From contig CAYRYW010000011.1 in assembly GCA_964428725.1 (NCBI GenBank), positions 144 to 64,143 of the forward strand: a stretch of DNA of 64,000 bases. The letters run 5' to 3'. Origin of the DNA: an uncultured Dehalococcoidales bacterium (GTDB taxonomy: Bacteria > Chloroflexota > Dehalococcoidia > E44-bin15). Made by a program: the position numbers and the translations under genes. The notes under the pieces were generated by a model that was given only the letters and a program-made list of their open reading frames with translations, was not told where the DNA came from and made no database searches. Below, piece by piece: positions 10,699-20,422 of the stretch; within the stretch, counting starts at the first letter, position 1; the number at the start of each line of letters is the position of its first letter.

Positions 10699-11106
10699 AT
10701 GGCGAATGAAATCAAAGTTACGACAAGCCTCAATATCAATAACGGCAATCAACAGTTTCGCAATACGCCGACGTCCTTTTCTGCGGATATGACCGGCACC
10801 AAGGGACCGTCACCAGGCGCGGTGGAGGTGTCTACTAGCGGCACCGATATTGACCTGTCAGAGATAGATACATTGGGGTTCTGCCAACTCCAGAACCTTG
10901 ACGCAACGAACTACGTCACCTATGGTATCTACAGTCCGGACAGCTTGGATTTTTATCCGTTAGGGGAATTGCTGGCTGGAGAGGTTGCTGTATTTAGGCT
11001 GTCGAGAATTCTCGATGATCCGCCTGGAACATCCGGGGCACGGTCATTGCGATTCGTTGCGGATACCGCTGCATGTGACGTAATCGTTAATGCGTTTGAA
11101 AGATGA
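10699..11106 (+). CDS. Hypothetical tail-tip protein
   Basis: 135-aa ORF in the tail operon. Confidence 0.45.
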   Translation: MANEIKVTTSLNINNGNQQFRNTPTSFSADMTGTKGPSPGAVEVSTSGTDIDLSEIDTLGFCQLQNLDATNYVTYGIYSPDSLDFYPLGELLAGEVAVFRLSRILDDPPGTSGARSLRFVADTAACDVIVNAFER

Positions 11107-11130
11107 AGTCTAACCAATTGAGGAGCGACA

Positions 11131-11616
11131 ATGGGTGAAGACGTAACAACGTCCGAAGAGGCGGAAGTGGTGTACGATGGAATACCGCCTGCGGCGTGCC
11201 AAGACGCAGACACACTAGGCCGTGTGACCGTCGTGGAATCGGTCTACTACCGGGAGCCCGGGGAAACACCACTTCAGTACGATTCACGCTATAGCGTGCC
11301 CGTAAATACAGAAGAATCGTGCTATGAGCGGCGATTGAAAGTGTCGGAATCGCCACAACGCCTAGGTCTTGGCGACTTGACCTCTATCTCGCAAATTTTG
11401 ATACGTAGTATCATTCCTCGTGCGCAACGGAACCTCTCTGAAGAAGAGAAAGAGGAGCAGGCGGCGAGTGTCCTTGAGCTTAGCTGCGAGAGTATTCCGC
11501 TGATGGAAATCCACCCGGGCGAATCCGTGAGGTTCACGCCAGTGGAAGATGCGGAATATTGGATTCGGTGTCGGAGTGGGTCAACGCGATTTCACCTGGT
11601 AGTGTTGCCGAGGTGA
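11131..11616 (+). CDS. Hypothetical tail-tip protein
   Basis: 161-aa ORF in the tail operon with a GAGGAG RBS. Confidence 0.45.
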   Translation: MGEDVTTSEEAEVVYDGIPPAACQDADTLGRVTVVESVYYREPGETPLQYDSRYSVPVNTEESCYERRLKVSESPQRLGLGDLTSISQILIRSIIPRAQRNLSEEEKEEQAASVLELSCESIPLMEIHPGESVRFTPVEDAEYWIRCRSGSTRFHLVVLPR

Positions 11617-11620
11617 CGCG

Positions 11621-12991
11621 ATGGGGAAAATCCCGGTCCTAAGCGCAAACGACATAAAACGCCTGCAGCAAGTGTTGCGAGAGCAGAAGGACAAGGCGAG
11701 GACGCCATTCCCCGTCAATACCATCAATCCGCCTGCTTCGGTCGGCACGTATATCGGGTGGCCAACGTCATCGGCGGGCATTCCAGCGTTGACCTCGCAT
11801 GGAGCTGGGCCGGACGACGATGAACCTGGCTCAGGCGATTGCGACATCTACCGGGTCTACAAAGACCTGACGGGCACTGCCGTTGTTGAGGCAATCGACA
11901 TCGAAGACAAGGAGGTCTTCAATTTCTCGACCAGTGTGATTCCGCAAGAGTGGATTATCATTTTCAAGCAGCCCAATGGACGATGGGTTGTGCCTCCTCC
12001 ATCAACGAACACAAATACCGATCTGATTTGGTGCGTGGCTACCGCTGATTGGCAAGAGGGAACCGGCACGACGTGCGACGATCCCTACGTGATGGTGCGG
12101 CATGCGTCCAGGTGTGGCGTTGTCGAAGACCCTGGAGAAACACCATTTGCGGTCTATCTGCCAAGGAAGCGGGCCGAAGGAATCGGACTGGACCCATCGG
12201 TATACGAAGATGATATCATTTCGTACAAGGTGGATGCCGAGGGGAACAAGATATGCCAGACTCCATATCTATGGTCATTCATAGGCCAGATTATGGAATA
12301 TGGGTCTGTAAGTTACCCAGGGAAAATCCCCACTGGATGGGAAGTATATTCGGCCGGTACTGGCAGGACAACGATACAGCTTGATGCAGCAGGAGAAACC
12401 AACGAGCAGACGGTTGGGAATATTGATGGGTTTACCTGGCATGGCGCAAGCGAAAATGGACACCCAGCACACACGGCGCAACCAGCCCACACGGTAACTG
12501 CTCATGGCACACACACGCTAGATACGCACGACGCACACACTATAGCAGATCATGATGACCATCCAGACCACGACCATCATCCACTTAGCGTGGAATCGGC
12601 AATCGATGCCGTTGGAGGGGCGTCTGGTGTTGCTGGTGATACTACTGGATACACATCCTACGAGGACCCGGACAATCATAGGCACAGCATACAGCTAGGG
12701 GCAAGCGAGGTTTGGCCGGCGCCCGATGAATCGAGCGGCGCAACAGCTATTGGCGCAGGTACAAGCGATGCCGGGTTGTTTTCGCATTCCACGCACGTAG
12801 ACGGGCCTGGCACAGGCGTTGGGCTCGGGCATGCTGCGCACGCAGGGACCGCATTGACAGACACATTTGAGCACACTGGAAGCTTGGGCCACGGAGAAAG
12901 CAGTCCACACTTGGGGCTGTACAATGGTGGCTTTGATTCCGACAATCGCCAGAAATTCATTGTTGTGAACAGAATCATCCGAATCAAATAG
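11621..12991 (+). CDS. Tail fibre/baseplate protein with His-rich segment
   Basis: 456-aa ORF containing 'HGASENGHPAHTAQPAHTVTAHGTHTLDTHDAHTIADHDDHPDHDHHP'. Last large gene of the tail module. Confidence 0.45.
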   Translation: MGKIPVLSANDIKRLQQVLREQKDKARTPFPVNTINPPASVGTYIGWPTSSAGIPALTSHGAGPDDDEPGSGDCDIYRVYKDLTGTAVVEAIDIEDKEVFNFSTSVIPQEWIIIFKQPNGRWVVPPPSTNTNTDLIWCVATADWQEGTGTTCDDPYVMVRHASRCGVVEDPGETPFAVYLPRKRAEGIGLDPSVYEDDIISYKVDAEGNKICQTPYLWSFIGQIMEYGSVSYPGKIPTGWEVYSAGTGRTTIQLDAAGETNEQTVGNIDGFTWHGASENGHPAHTAQPAHTVTAHGTHTLDTHDAHTIADHDDHPDHDHHPLSVESAIDAVGGASGVAGDTTGYTSYEDPDNHRHSIQLGASEVWPAPDESSGATAIGAGTSDAGLFSHSTHVDGPGTGVGLGHAAHAGTALTDTFEHTGSLGHGESSPHLGLYNGGFDSDNRQKFIVVNRIIRIK

Positions 12992-12992
12992 C

Positions 12993-13268
12993 ATGGCTGG
13001 CACGGGGACAGAACTGAAAACCCTATTGCGTCGGTTTGGTATTCGTGCAACGGGTAGCTGTCAGTGCGAGAAATACGCCAAGCTAATGGACCAGCGAGGC
13101 CCGGAGTGGTGTAGCAAGAACATCGAATTCCTTATTGATGTACTGGAAGAATCAGCGGAGCAACGAGGATTGCCGTTTGCCAGGTTTGTGGGCAAAAAGC
13201 TGATACAAATAGCAATTATCAAGGCGCGTAAGAGGAGCGACACCTTATGCGATGGAGCTACGGAATAG
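12993..13268 (+). CDS. Hypothetical protein
   Basis: 91-aa ORF; its ATG overlaps the upstream stop. Confidence 0.4.
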   Translation: MAGTGTELKTLLRRFGIRATGSCQCEKYAKLMDQRGPEWCSKNIEFLIDVLEESAEQRGLPFARFVGKKLIQIAIIKARKRSDTLCDGATE

Positions 13269-13948
13269 CTACGGTGGATGAGCGGCTAGAGACTCTATTA
13301 CCTCCGACAATTGCATCATTAGCCAGGGCGGGATTCCATAAGCCTACGCTATTTGTCGATGGCTGCGAGGACCCAAGCAAGTACGATCATTTTCAGCTGC
13401 CGGTTGCCGCAAGGCGATATAAGGTGAAAACGAATGGACACTGGATGCTGTCCATCCAGGAATTGTACTATCGTAACCCGTGGTGTGATCGGTATGCGAT
13501 GTTCCAGGATGACATTCTCTGTTGCCAGAATCTTCGGGAATATCTGGAGCAATGGTATCCAGACAAGGGCTATTTGAATCTCTGCACGTATCCGGAGAAC
13601 GCCGACCGGATAGATGGCGGCAGTGGCTGGCATCCAGCGCCTAGAAATGGCAAAGGTGCGCAAGCCCTGGTGTTCGATCAACATTCACTTAAGGCGTTAA
13701 TGTCGGCGACCTATTTCTTTGATTGGGCCAAAAACAGGCGTACTGGTTTCAAAAACAATGATGGGGCTGTGTATTGCTCCCTCAAGCCTCAGGGCTACAT
13801 AGAGCATGTTCACATGCCGAGCCTAGTCGATCATACTGGCGCCGAAGGCAAGGGCGTCATGGGAACGCGCCACCAACCGGTCATCACGGCGTTTCCTGGA
13901 GAAGAGTACGACCCACTCAACAAGGACCAAGAAGGAGAGCACGTGTGA
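13247..13948 (+). CDS. Putative glycosyltransferase (GT-A-like)
   Basis: 233 aa with a 'MFQDDILC' DxD-like motif. First gene of a translationally coupled sugar-modification operon. Confidence 0.45.
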   Translation: MRWSYGIATVDERLETLLPPTIASLARAGFHKPTLFVDGCEDPSKYDHFQLPVAARRYKVKTNGHWMLSIQELYYRNPWCDRYAMFQDDILCCQNLREYLEQWYPDKGYLNLCTYPENADRIDGGSGWHPAPRNGKGAQALVFDQHSLKALMSATYFFDWAKNRRTGFKNNDGAVYCSLKPQGYIEHVHMPSLVDHTGAEGKGVMGTRHQPVITAFPGEEYDPLNKDQEGEHV

Positions 13949-14604
13949 AACGCTACAACCACGAACTGTCAGCGATAGACATCTTGGACTTGGTAGGTGA
14001 AGCACCTATCATGCTTGAGATAGGGTGTCACGAAGGCGCCGACACCATTCGGTTCTTGGAATACATGCCAGGAATACGGCTGTTCTGTTTTGATCCAGAA
14101 CAACGAGCAACCAAGCGATTCAAGCAAGCGGTGCTACCCGATGAGCGAGTAACTCTCTACGAGGAAGCGGTGGCGGACGTCGACGGCCCAAGAGACTTCC
14201 ATGCGTCGACGGGAAAGGCGGGTCGGCGGGATGATTGGGATTTCTCTGGCAGTCTGCGCGAACCAACAGGGCACCTTGCGAGATCGCCAGAAATAACATT
14301 CAAAGAGCCAGTGTCTGTGCCATGTATGCGGCTCGACACATGGTTTGCGGACCATCCGGAAATCGATAACATTGATTTCATTTGGGCGGATATCCAAGGT
14401 TCACAGCGGCTATTTATTGCTGGTGCGCAACACATCCTCAGTAAGACACGTTATCTGTACATTGAATCGCATGACCCGCCTCTTTATGCTGGTGAACCTA
14501 CCCAAGACGAACTGATTGATGAGTTGTATAGCATGTTTAGTCCTGTCGCCATATACAGGGAAAACATTTTGTTTGAGTCAATGACGGCGGCAAGTGTATG
14601 TTAA
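13945..14604 (+). CDS. FkbM-family SAM-dependent methyltransferase
   Basis: GTG start overlapping the upstream stop (GTGTGA). 'MLEIGCHEGADT' (motif I) and 'IDFIWADIQGSQRLFIAGA...YLYIE' are typical of the FkbM family. Confidence 0.6.
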   Translation: MKRYNHELSAIDILDLVGEAPIMLEIGCHEGADTIRFLEYMPGIRLFCFDPEQRATKRFKQAVLPDERVTLYEEAVADVDGPRDFHASTGKAGRRDDWDFSGSLREPTGHLARSPEITFKEPVSVPCMRLDTWFADHPEIDNIDFIWADIQGSQRLFIAGAQHILSKTRYLYIESHDPPLYAGEPTQDELIDELYSMFSPVAIYRENILFESMTAASVC

Positions 14605-14647
14605 GCGACCATTGTATTTGCGGAGTGGAAGAAGTAGGAGATATACT

Positions 14648-15391
14648 ATGCGTCTTGCCAAAGAGCTAATCGATTGGTATTACATCAATCTATCGCACAG
14701 AACGGACAGGCTTACGCATATCCGTGGGGAACTGGACAAGGCGGGGATTGCTGCGACACGTTTCGAGGCGTACAGGAAAGAGGACTACACGGGCAGCATG
14801 GATAATGTCAAAGCCATGCAGCATACTCCGGATACTATAGGTAATTGGCTGTCCCATACTGCGGTAATAGGGAAGGCGAGAGAGGGTCGAATTGTCGGGG
14901 TGTTGGAAGATGACGCGCTGATCTGTAGCGACTTTCAGGCACGGCTAGATTATATATGCAACGTCTTTAATAAGCCGTGGGACATATTTTTTCTTGGGGC
15001 AACGTTTCACGACGATCGTGGACAGTGGCATCCAGAACTAGGCTTTGACCATGAGTTGACAGATGTGCGTCACATAATCCGACTCTATGGGGCGTTTTCA
15101 AACCAAGGATATCTTGTTAATGGATACAGTGCCAACACAATCCTGGAAATGATGAACGACGTGATGCCGCATTCTACGGGGAGCGATCACGCGCTAATAC
15201 AGATACAGCCAAGGCTCAGGTGTTATGGCTTTGTGCCAGGGATGGTCTTTCAAATTGATAACCAATCAGATATCAGTAAAGGGATCACTCGTTTTTCTGC
15301 TTTCCTCAGGGGCCTTGGTCCGTATGCATGGACTGATACTCTAGGAGAATTTGATTATGAGTCCTGGGAGCGTGAACAATGCAAATCTTAG
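14648..15391 (+). CDS. Glycosyltransferase family 25-like (LPS/LOS-type)
   Basis: 'YYINLSHRTDRLTHIRGELDKAGI...FEA' is the N-terminal GT25 signature, with 'LEDDA' as the DxD-type motif. AGGAG RBS. Confidence 0.65.
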   Translation: MRLAKELIDWYYINLSHRTDRLTHIRGELDKAGIAATRFEAYRKEDYTGSMDNVKAMQHTPDTIGNWLSHTAVIGKAREGRIVGVLEDDALICSDFQARLDYICNVFNKPWDIFFLGATFHDDRGQWHPELGFDHELTDVRHIIRLYGAFSNQGYLVNGYSANTILEMMNDVMPHSTGSDHALIQIQPRLRCYGFVPGMVFQIDNQSDISKGITRFSAFLRGLGPYAWTDTLGEFDYESWEREQCKS

Positions 15392-16284
15392 TAACCGGTG
15401 TATCTGGTTTTATTGCGAGGGCGATTGCAGATGCACTGTCGGACGAGCATGAGGTATTCGGGCTCGCCCGTCGTGAGGTGTCGCCAGCAGGCTGGACATT
15501 CGTGCGAGGAGACGTGACGGAATATGGTAGAGTGCTCGAAGTGTTAGCGGATTATGAGATCGAGCAAATATACCATTGTGCCGCGAAATCGATAGTCAGA
15601 AACTGCATGAGAGACCCTATCGGATGTTTTCGCACTAATGCCATTGGCACATTGAATATCCTTGAAGCAGCGAGGCAGATAGGGCGAATAAAGGGTGTAT
15701 TATGCATTGAGAGCGACAAGGCCTATGGAGCCGGCGCGACACCATACACGGAAACGCAGCCACTCATGCCTACCAGCATTTACGAAGCGTCAAAGGCATG
15801 CGCCAGTCACTTAGTCCAGACATATCACAAAAGTTATGTAGTGCCAGCATTTAGTGTGCGGCCAGTGAATGTGTATGGGCCAGGCGACAGGAACAGCAGT
15901 AGAATCGTCCCGCGAACTATAAACAAACTAGCTAGTGGATTGCAACCAACTATCACCGATGGCGCGGCGCATTTCGTCCGGGAATTTATCTACATTGACG
16001 ATCTAGTGGAAACGTTGGTGGCATTGATGGGCAGAAGCCCATGGGGTGAAGTGTTCAATGTAGGAACTGGGCAGGTGTTATCGGTGCAGGACATGATATG
16101 GACGATCTGTAAACTAATGGGAAAGTCGGCAGAAGTAGAAGTGCAGAAGAAGCCACGTCTTCTGCGCGAAATTCCGAGACAGTCTCTATGTATAGACAAA
16201 CTAACACAATGGCTGCCACATCGACAACAGCCAGTGGCGCTGGAAGACGGCCTGAATAAAACGATTGAATGGTGGGCGCCATGA
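15379..16284 (+). CDS. NAD-dependent sugar epimerase/dehydratase (SDR family)
   Basis: 'ILVTGVSGFIARAI' Rossmann motif and 'YEASK' catalytic YxxxK; 301 aa. Confidence 0.85.
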   Translation: MQILVTGVSGFIARAIADALSDEHEVFGLARREVSPAGWTFVRGDVTEYGRVLEVLADYEIEQIYHCAAKSIVRNCMRDPIGCFRTNAIGTLNILEAARQIGRIKGVLCIESDKAYGAGATPYTETQPLMPTSIYEASKACASHLVQTYHKSYVVPAFSVRPVNVYGPGDRNSSRIVPRTINKLASGLQPTITDGAAHFVREFIYIDDLVETLVALMGRSPWGEVFNVGTGQVLSVQDMIWTICKLMGKSAEVEVQKKPRLLREIPRQSLCIDKLTQWLPHRQQPVALEDGLNKTIEWWAP

Positions 16285-17390
16285 ATGTTCTGTTAATGCA
16301 GCCATACTTCCAGAATGAGCCGAGGTCGCCGATAGCCATTTTGGATCTCGCTGCCTATGGGCGACAATTCGGCCATGTGGTGGAAGTGGAGTATCTGTCG
16401 GCGCATGCTAACTACGATGGTTTCGACGTTGTGGGAATCTCGGCTATTGCATTCAACAATGAGGTGCGTGAACAGTTGCGGCATATCAGGGAACACTATA
16501 AAGGCCGGATAGTCTTAGGGGGAAAATGTTGCGACACACTAGCGACAGAAGAGATAGTTCAACTACAGGCGATTGGGATAGAAGTGTTTACTTCACCAGG
16601 GGAATATTTATTTGCGAGAGAAGAGATAGATTATCAACACTATCCAGCGTGGAACGCATCGGACTTTGCTAGGCTTGATCCCAATAATTCGCACAATGAA
16701 GTAATGACAACCAGGGGATGTCCATATCGATGTAATTTCTGTCATAACACAGAACCGCGAATCAGGCATTTTGCACCAAGTAGGACTGTAGATATTTGCG
16801 AAATGTTGCTTAGCAAGTATCGTAAGCAATCGCTATTTTTCGTAGATGACGTGTTTGCGTTGGATGTGTCGCATATGGCGGCTATTCTAGATGAGGCTGA
16901 TCGCAGGGGGGTTGTGCTATCAGGGAAAACGACGTTTTTCTCGCACATCAGCCAGCTCGATGAAGAGCGGATAGAGGCTATTTCACGATACGATCCAATG
17001 CATGTGCAACTTGGCATTGAGAGTGGAAATGCGGACATGCTCCGTGCCATGGGGAAGACATTTTCGCCAGAGGAGGCAAGTAGGAAGCTCAGGATGCTAT
17101 GGGAACGGGGGATTCCTGTTGTCTGTTTGTTCTTGCTGGGCTTCCCAGGTGAAACCAAAGAGAGCTTGAATGATACAGTGGACTTTATCAGGCAACATGT
17201 ACAATATACGCTAGCATGTTGCGCGGGGTATTATCAGCCAGTGCGTGGCACGGTCGGATGGGGCTTGGCGGAGGCGAGAGTAGGTGAGATAGAGCCTAAA
17301 GGCTGGAACCGGGAGATATCGTATGTGGACCCAAACATTACTGGCGACGACCTAGAGGCGGCGCATAAAGCAATAGAGGAGTTGAATTGA
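16281..17390 (+). CDS. B12-binding-domain radical SAM enzyme
   Basis: 'TTRGCPYRCNFCHN' CxxxCxxC cluster after an N-terminal Rossmann-like (B12-binding) region. ATGA overlap with the upstream gene. Confidence 0.8.
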   Translation: MNVLLMQPYFQNEPRSPIAILDLAAYGRQFGHVVEVEYLSAHANYDGFDVVGISAIAFNNEVREQLRHIREHYKGRIVLGGKCCDTLATEEIVQLQAIGIEVFTSPGEYLFAREEIDYQHYPAWNASDFARLDPNNSHNEVMTTRGCPYRCNFCHNTEPRIRHFAPSRTVDICEMLLSKYRKQSLFFVDDVFALDVSHMAAILDEADRRGVVLSGKTTFFSHISQLDEERIEAISRYDPMHVQLGIESGNADMLRAMGKTFSPEEASRKLRMLWERGIPVVCLFLLGFPGETKESLNDTVDFIRQHVQYTLACCAGYYQPVRGTVGWGLAEARVGEIEPKGWNREISYVDPNITGDDLEAAHKAIEELN

Positions 17391-18253
17391 GAATGCAACG
17401 AACATCAGATAATGTGGTTATATTCGCGGCATCGCCAAGCTATTTCGATCACGCAAAAGCCGCAATGGTCAATTGTCGAATCGAGGGTGAATGGTGCGGA
17501 GATATCGCGTTAATAGTTCCGCAAGGAACAGATACTACCGAGTTTAGTGGTCGGCAGATACACATACTGGAAGGAACATCAGCAGACGGCTATTACCAGA
17601 AGTTCGATGTATTCTCGCAGTTCTTCAGGCAATGGGATAAGGCATTATATCTTGATTGTGATATTCTTATCCAGGGAAATATTGCATCAGTATTTGACAC
17701 ATTGCACAAGCGACGACAGCCAACCATCATTGCTGATCGCGAAGAAAATACTCTAGAGCATTGCTTCACCTTTTGGATCGACGAATGTAACAGAACACTC
17801 AAAGAGGAGGGTAAACCATTCAGGTCATCAAATACACAGTTGCATGAGTGGGTGTGGCGCACGCATGGACAACAGTGGCGGCAATACAATACGGCCATGT
17901 TGTTGTTTAGGCCTGATGACATCCCGTCGGACGCGATAGATCAACTGCATGAAATGTGTACCCGCATTCAGCCAATCAATACGCATTGCGTCCGTGGTAC
18001 TGACCAGCCTGTTATAAATCTTGTTTTTTACAACATGCTGTCCGATGTGATCAACAAGGAGGTATCGTGTTGGAGTTGCCCGAATGACAACACGAAAATC
18101 ATACACTATTGTTCCGGGTATGCACCATGGATAGATAAGCCAGACGCTGGGATGGATGCTTACGCTAACCCACAATTGGGTGAATCATGCCACGCAGTGT
18201 ATACTCGCAATCTTCAGCAATTTGATTCCATATTGCCAAAGGAGGACTTGTAA
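17387..18253 (+). CDS. Nucleotide-diphospho-sugar transferase (GT8-like)
   Basis: 'ALYLDCDILIQGN' DxD motif; 288 aa; start-stop overlap. Confidence 0.5.
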   Translation: MRMQRTSDNVVIFAASPSYFDHAKAAMVNCRIEGEWCGDIALIVPQGTDTTEFSGRQIHILEGTSADGYYQKFDVFSQFFRQWDKALYLDCDILIQGNIASVFDTLHKRRQPTIIADREENTLEHCFTFWIDECNRTLKEEGKPFRSSNTQLHEWVWRTHGQQWRQYNTAMLLFRPDDIPSDAIDQLHEMCTRIQPINTHCVRGTDQPVINLVFYNMLSDVINKEVSCWSCPNDNTKIIHYCSGYAPWIDKPDAGMDAYANPQLGESCHAVYTRNLQQFDSILPKEDL

Positions 18254-18802
18254 ATGCTGGACATGACGGACAGAGGCACAATGGCGGCCACTCTTCCTAA
18301 TGGCGGCGTGGTGGCGGAAGTTGGCGTGCAGCATGGCGATTTCGCCGACATGATCGTGCGATTTAACAAGCCACGAAAACTCTATCTGATCGATTGTTGG
18401 GAAACGCAATCCGTGGCGGATTATGGACATGATCCAGCAAACGTCGCACAAACACAGCAGGACGAAAACGAAAGAACGACTAGGGAACGGTTCAAAGACC
18501 ATGCGAATGTGGAAATAATCAAGGGGTACTCCGTTGAAGTAGCCGAGACATTCCAGGACGAAAGCTTAGACTGGGTCTATCTAGATGCCAATCATTTGCG
18601 GATTCGTTCTGACTTAGAGGCATGGATTCCTAAAGTGAAACCTGGCGGTTGGGTCACTGGCCATGATTATTGCATCTTTGATGATTTTATTATGGTGCAG
18701 CCTGTATTGGATAGGTTCGTTGAGGAATACGGCGCACAATTGCACGTTGTGACGAATGAAGACTTCCCTAGCTGGGCATTCAGGAAGCATGGACACAAAT
18801 GA
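18254..18802 (+). CDS. Class I SAM-dependent methyltransferase (TylF/Methyltransf_24-like)
   Basis: 'VAEVGVQHGDFA' motif I-like and 'WVYLDANH' motif. Confidence 0.65.
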   Translation: MLDMTDRGTMAATLPNGGVVAEVGVQHGDFADMIVRFNKPRKLYLIDCWETQSVADYGHDPANVAQTQQDENERTTRERFKDHANVEIIKGYSVEVAETFQDESLDWVYLDANHLRIRSDLEAWIPKVKPGGWVTGHDYCIFDDFIMVQPVLDRFVEEYGAQLHVVTNEDFPSWAFRKHGHK

Positions 18803-19608
18803 GTACGAGTTTTGCGATTACTGCATACAATGAAATGTCGCCACAGCGCGGCTCTGGCGCGAAAATACTTAGATGCCTGAAAGCAGCGCAAAATCATCCT
18901 GGTATTGATGAGATTGTGGTTGTGGATGACTGCTCAGAGGATTGTGATGGGTTGGAACACTTACTGCGAGGACAGGCAAAAGTATCTCTTTTCCGAAATC
19001 CGCACAATTACGGAGTCTTCGGGAATAAACTGGAAGCCATCGCCAGGGCAACTGGCGATTGGGTAATTACGTGCGACTCAGACAACAGCATGGATAGTAC
19101 CTTTATCGACAAGGTGCTATCATTAGCCACCGATCAATCTGTATGGTTATGTGCCAGTTTTGCGAGGCCGCGATTCAATTATCGGCCACTTGCGTCAGAT
19201 ACTCCGTATACATTGACTAGTATATCACAAATCGTGCCACACCCGATTTTCTGTTGCTTCTTCAACACTGGAAATCAGACAGTAGCTAGACGATCATTCC
19301 TGAATGTCTTTGGGCAATATCGTGGCATCAGGGCAGATAGGCAACTGCCGAATTGGCTGGAGTTGTCAGAACAGGACTTGCAATCAACATACTATGAGCA
19401 AGTCTTCGATGCTAATGATTCGTTTGTCTACAACTTGCTCTGGTTGCTTGCTGGAAATAAGTTGCGCATAGTGCCTGGCCTGGAATACGATCATTATTAT
19501 GCAGCTGGCGAAGAGGGCAACTATTTGCGGTCGCCACCTGAAAAGGTGGCACTTGGGCAGCGACTCTTGCAGGCACTGAAAACAGAAATAAAGAAACAGC
19601 ATGTATAA
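18799..19608 (+). CDS. Glycosyltransferase family 2
   Basis: 'FAITAYNE...', 'IVVVDDCSED' and 'ITCDSDN' are classic GT2 motifs. Confidence 0.75.
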   Translation: MSTSFAITAYNEMSPQRGSGAKILRCLKAAQNHPGIDEIVVVDDCSEDCDGLEHLLRGQAKVSLFRNPHNYGVFGNKLEAIARATGDWVITCDSDNSMDSTFIDKVLSLATDQSVWLCASFARPRFNYRPLASDTPYTLTSISQIVPHPIFCCFFNTGNQTVARRSFLNVFGQYRGIRADRQLPNWLELSEQDLQSTYYEQVFDANDSFVYNLLWLLAGNKLRIVPGLEYDHYYAAGEEGNYLRSPPEKVALGQRLLQALKTEIKKQHV

Positions 19609-20422
19609 TTCAGACTGGCTTATTGGCGAACATACCTATCGGCAATTTATTGAGGATTGTAGGCTTGCAGTGTCCGATCCTGTGTATTTCCCGGTCTTTC
19701 GCCAAATGCCAGGGATCGCCTGTGTCACAGAAAACAAGGACGTTGAGCACAAGGTATTGAAGCCGATCTTATCTGAACTGTGGAGGCATTCCCACACGAC
19801 ACTTGAGGATGCGGCATTCTTGCATGCATTAGACGATGTCGGAACACCAAGACGGCATCACATAACGCGCACGCTGCACGTATCACATACTCTCATACAC
19901 ACACTCGAAGACGTATGTGTCATTCGCGAATTTATGGGTGGCACTCTACACGGGAAGCACGTAGTGGAAATAGGAGGTGGATATGGGCTACTTGCTGCCA
20001 TGGTAGTGCATTTTCTTGAGCCAGCTAGCTACACTATCTACGACCTGCCGGAAGTGTGCGATCTTCAGAAGAAATATCTGCATCATGTAGGAATAGATTC
20101 AGTCAAGTTGTGTACGGATGCAACTATCTCTAATGTGTCTGATCTCGCAATAAGCCTTGATTCTATTTCGGAGTTGCCACTGGTACTACGCCAGACGTAC
20201 GTTGATTCTGTGCTCGACAATGCAGAAAGAGGATTTATCAGGTGGAATTGCACTAGAGCGGCAACTACCAATGTCCTTGCCGCTATGTATTGGCTGAGAA
20301 ATGCGTCATGCATTAAAGAGATCGGGCTCGACTTTTCCACAGAACAGGCCGCAGCGAAGTTTCACCATTCCAGGCGCACGAGTCATATATTTTGGGGCGG
20401 GAATACAACATGTCACGAATAA
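19601..20422 (+). CDS. Putative sugar O-methyltransferase
   Basis: 'VVEIGGGYGLLA' SAM-binding glycine motif; operon context. Confidence 0.5.
   Translation: MYNSDWLIGEHTYRQFIEDCRLAVSDPVYFPVFRQMPGIACVTENKDVEHKVLKPILSELWRHSHTTLEDAAFLHALDDVGTPRRHHITRTLHVSHTLIHTLEDVCVIREFMGGTLHGKHVVEIGGGYGLLAAMVVHFLEPASYTIYDLPEVCDLQKKYLHHVGIDSVKLCTDATISNVSDLAISLDSISELPLVLRQTYVDSVLDNAERGFIRWNCTRAATTNVLAAMYWLRNASCIKEIGLDFSTEQAAAKFHHSRRTSHIFWGGNTTCHE

Noticed and set aside
13774-13944. Long N-terminal extension of the FkbM methyltransferase ORF (ORF track start 13774).
   Set aside because: The extension overlaps the upstream glycosyltransferase gene out of frame and is Arg/Pro-rich. The GTG at 13945, overlapping the upstream stop, fits the operon's coupling pattern.
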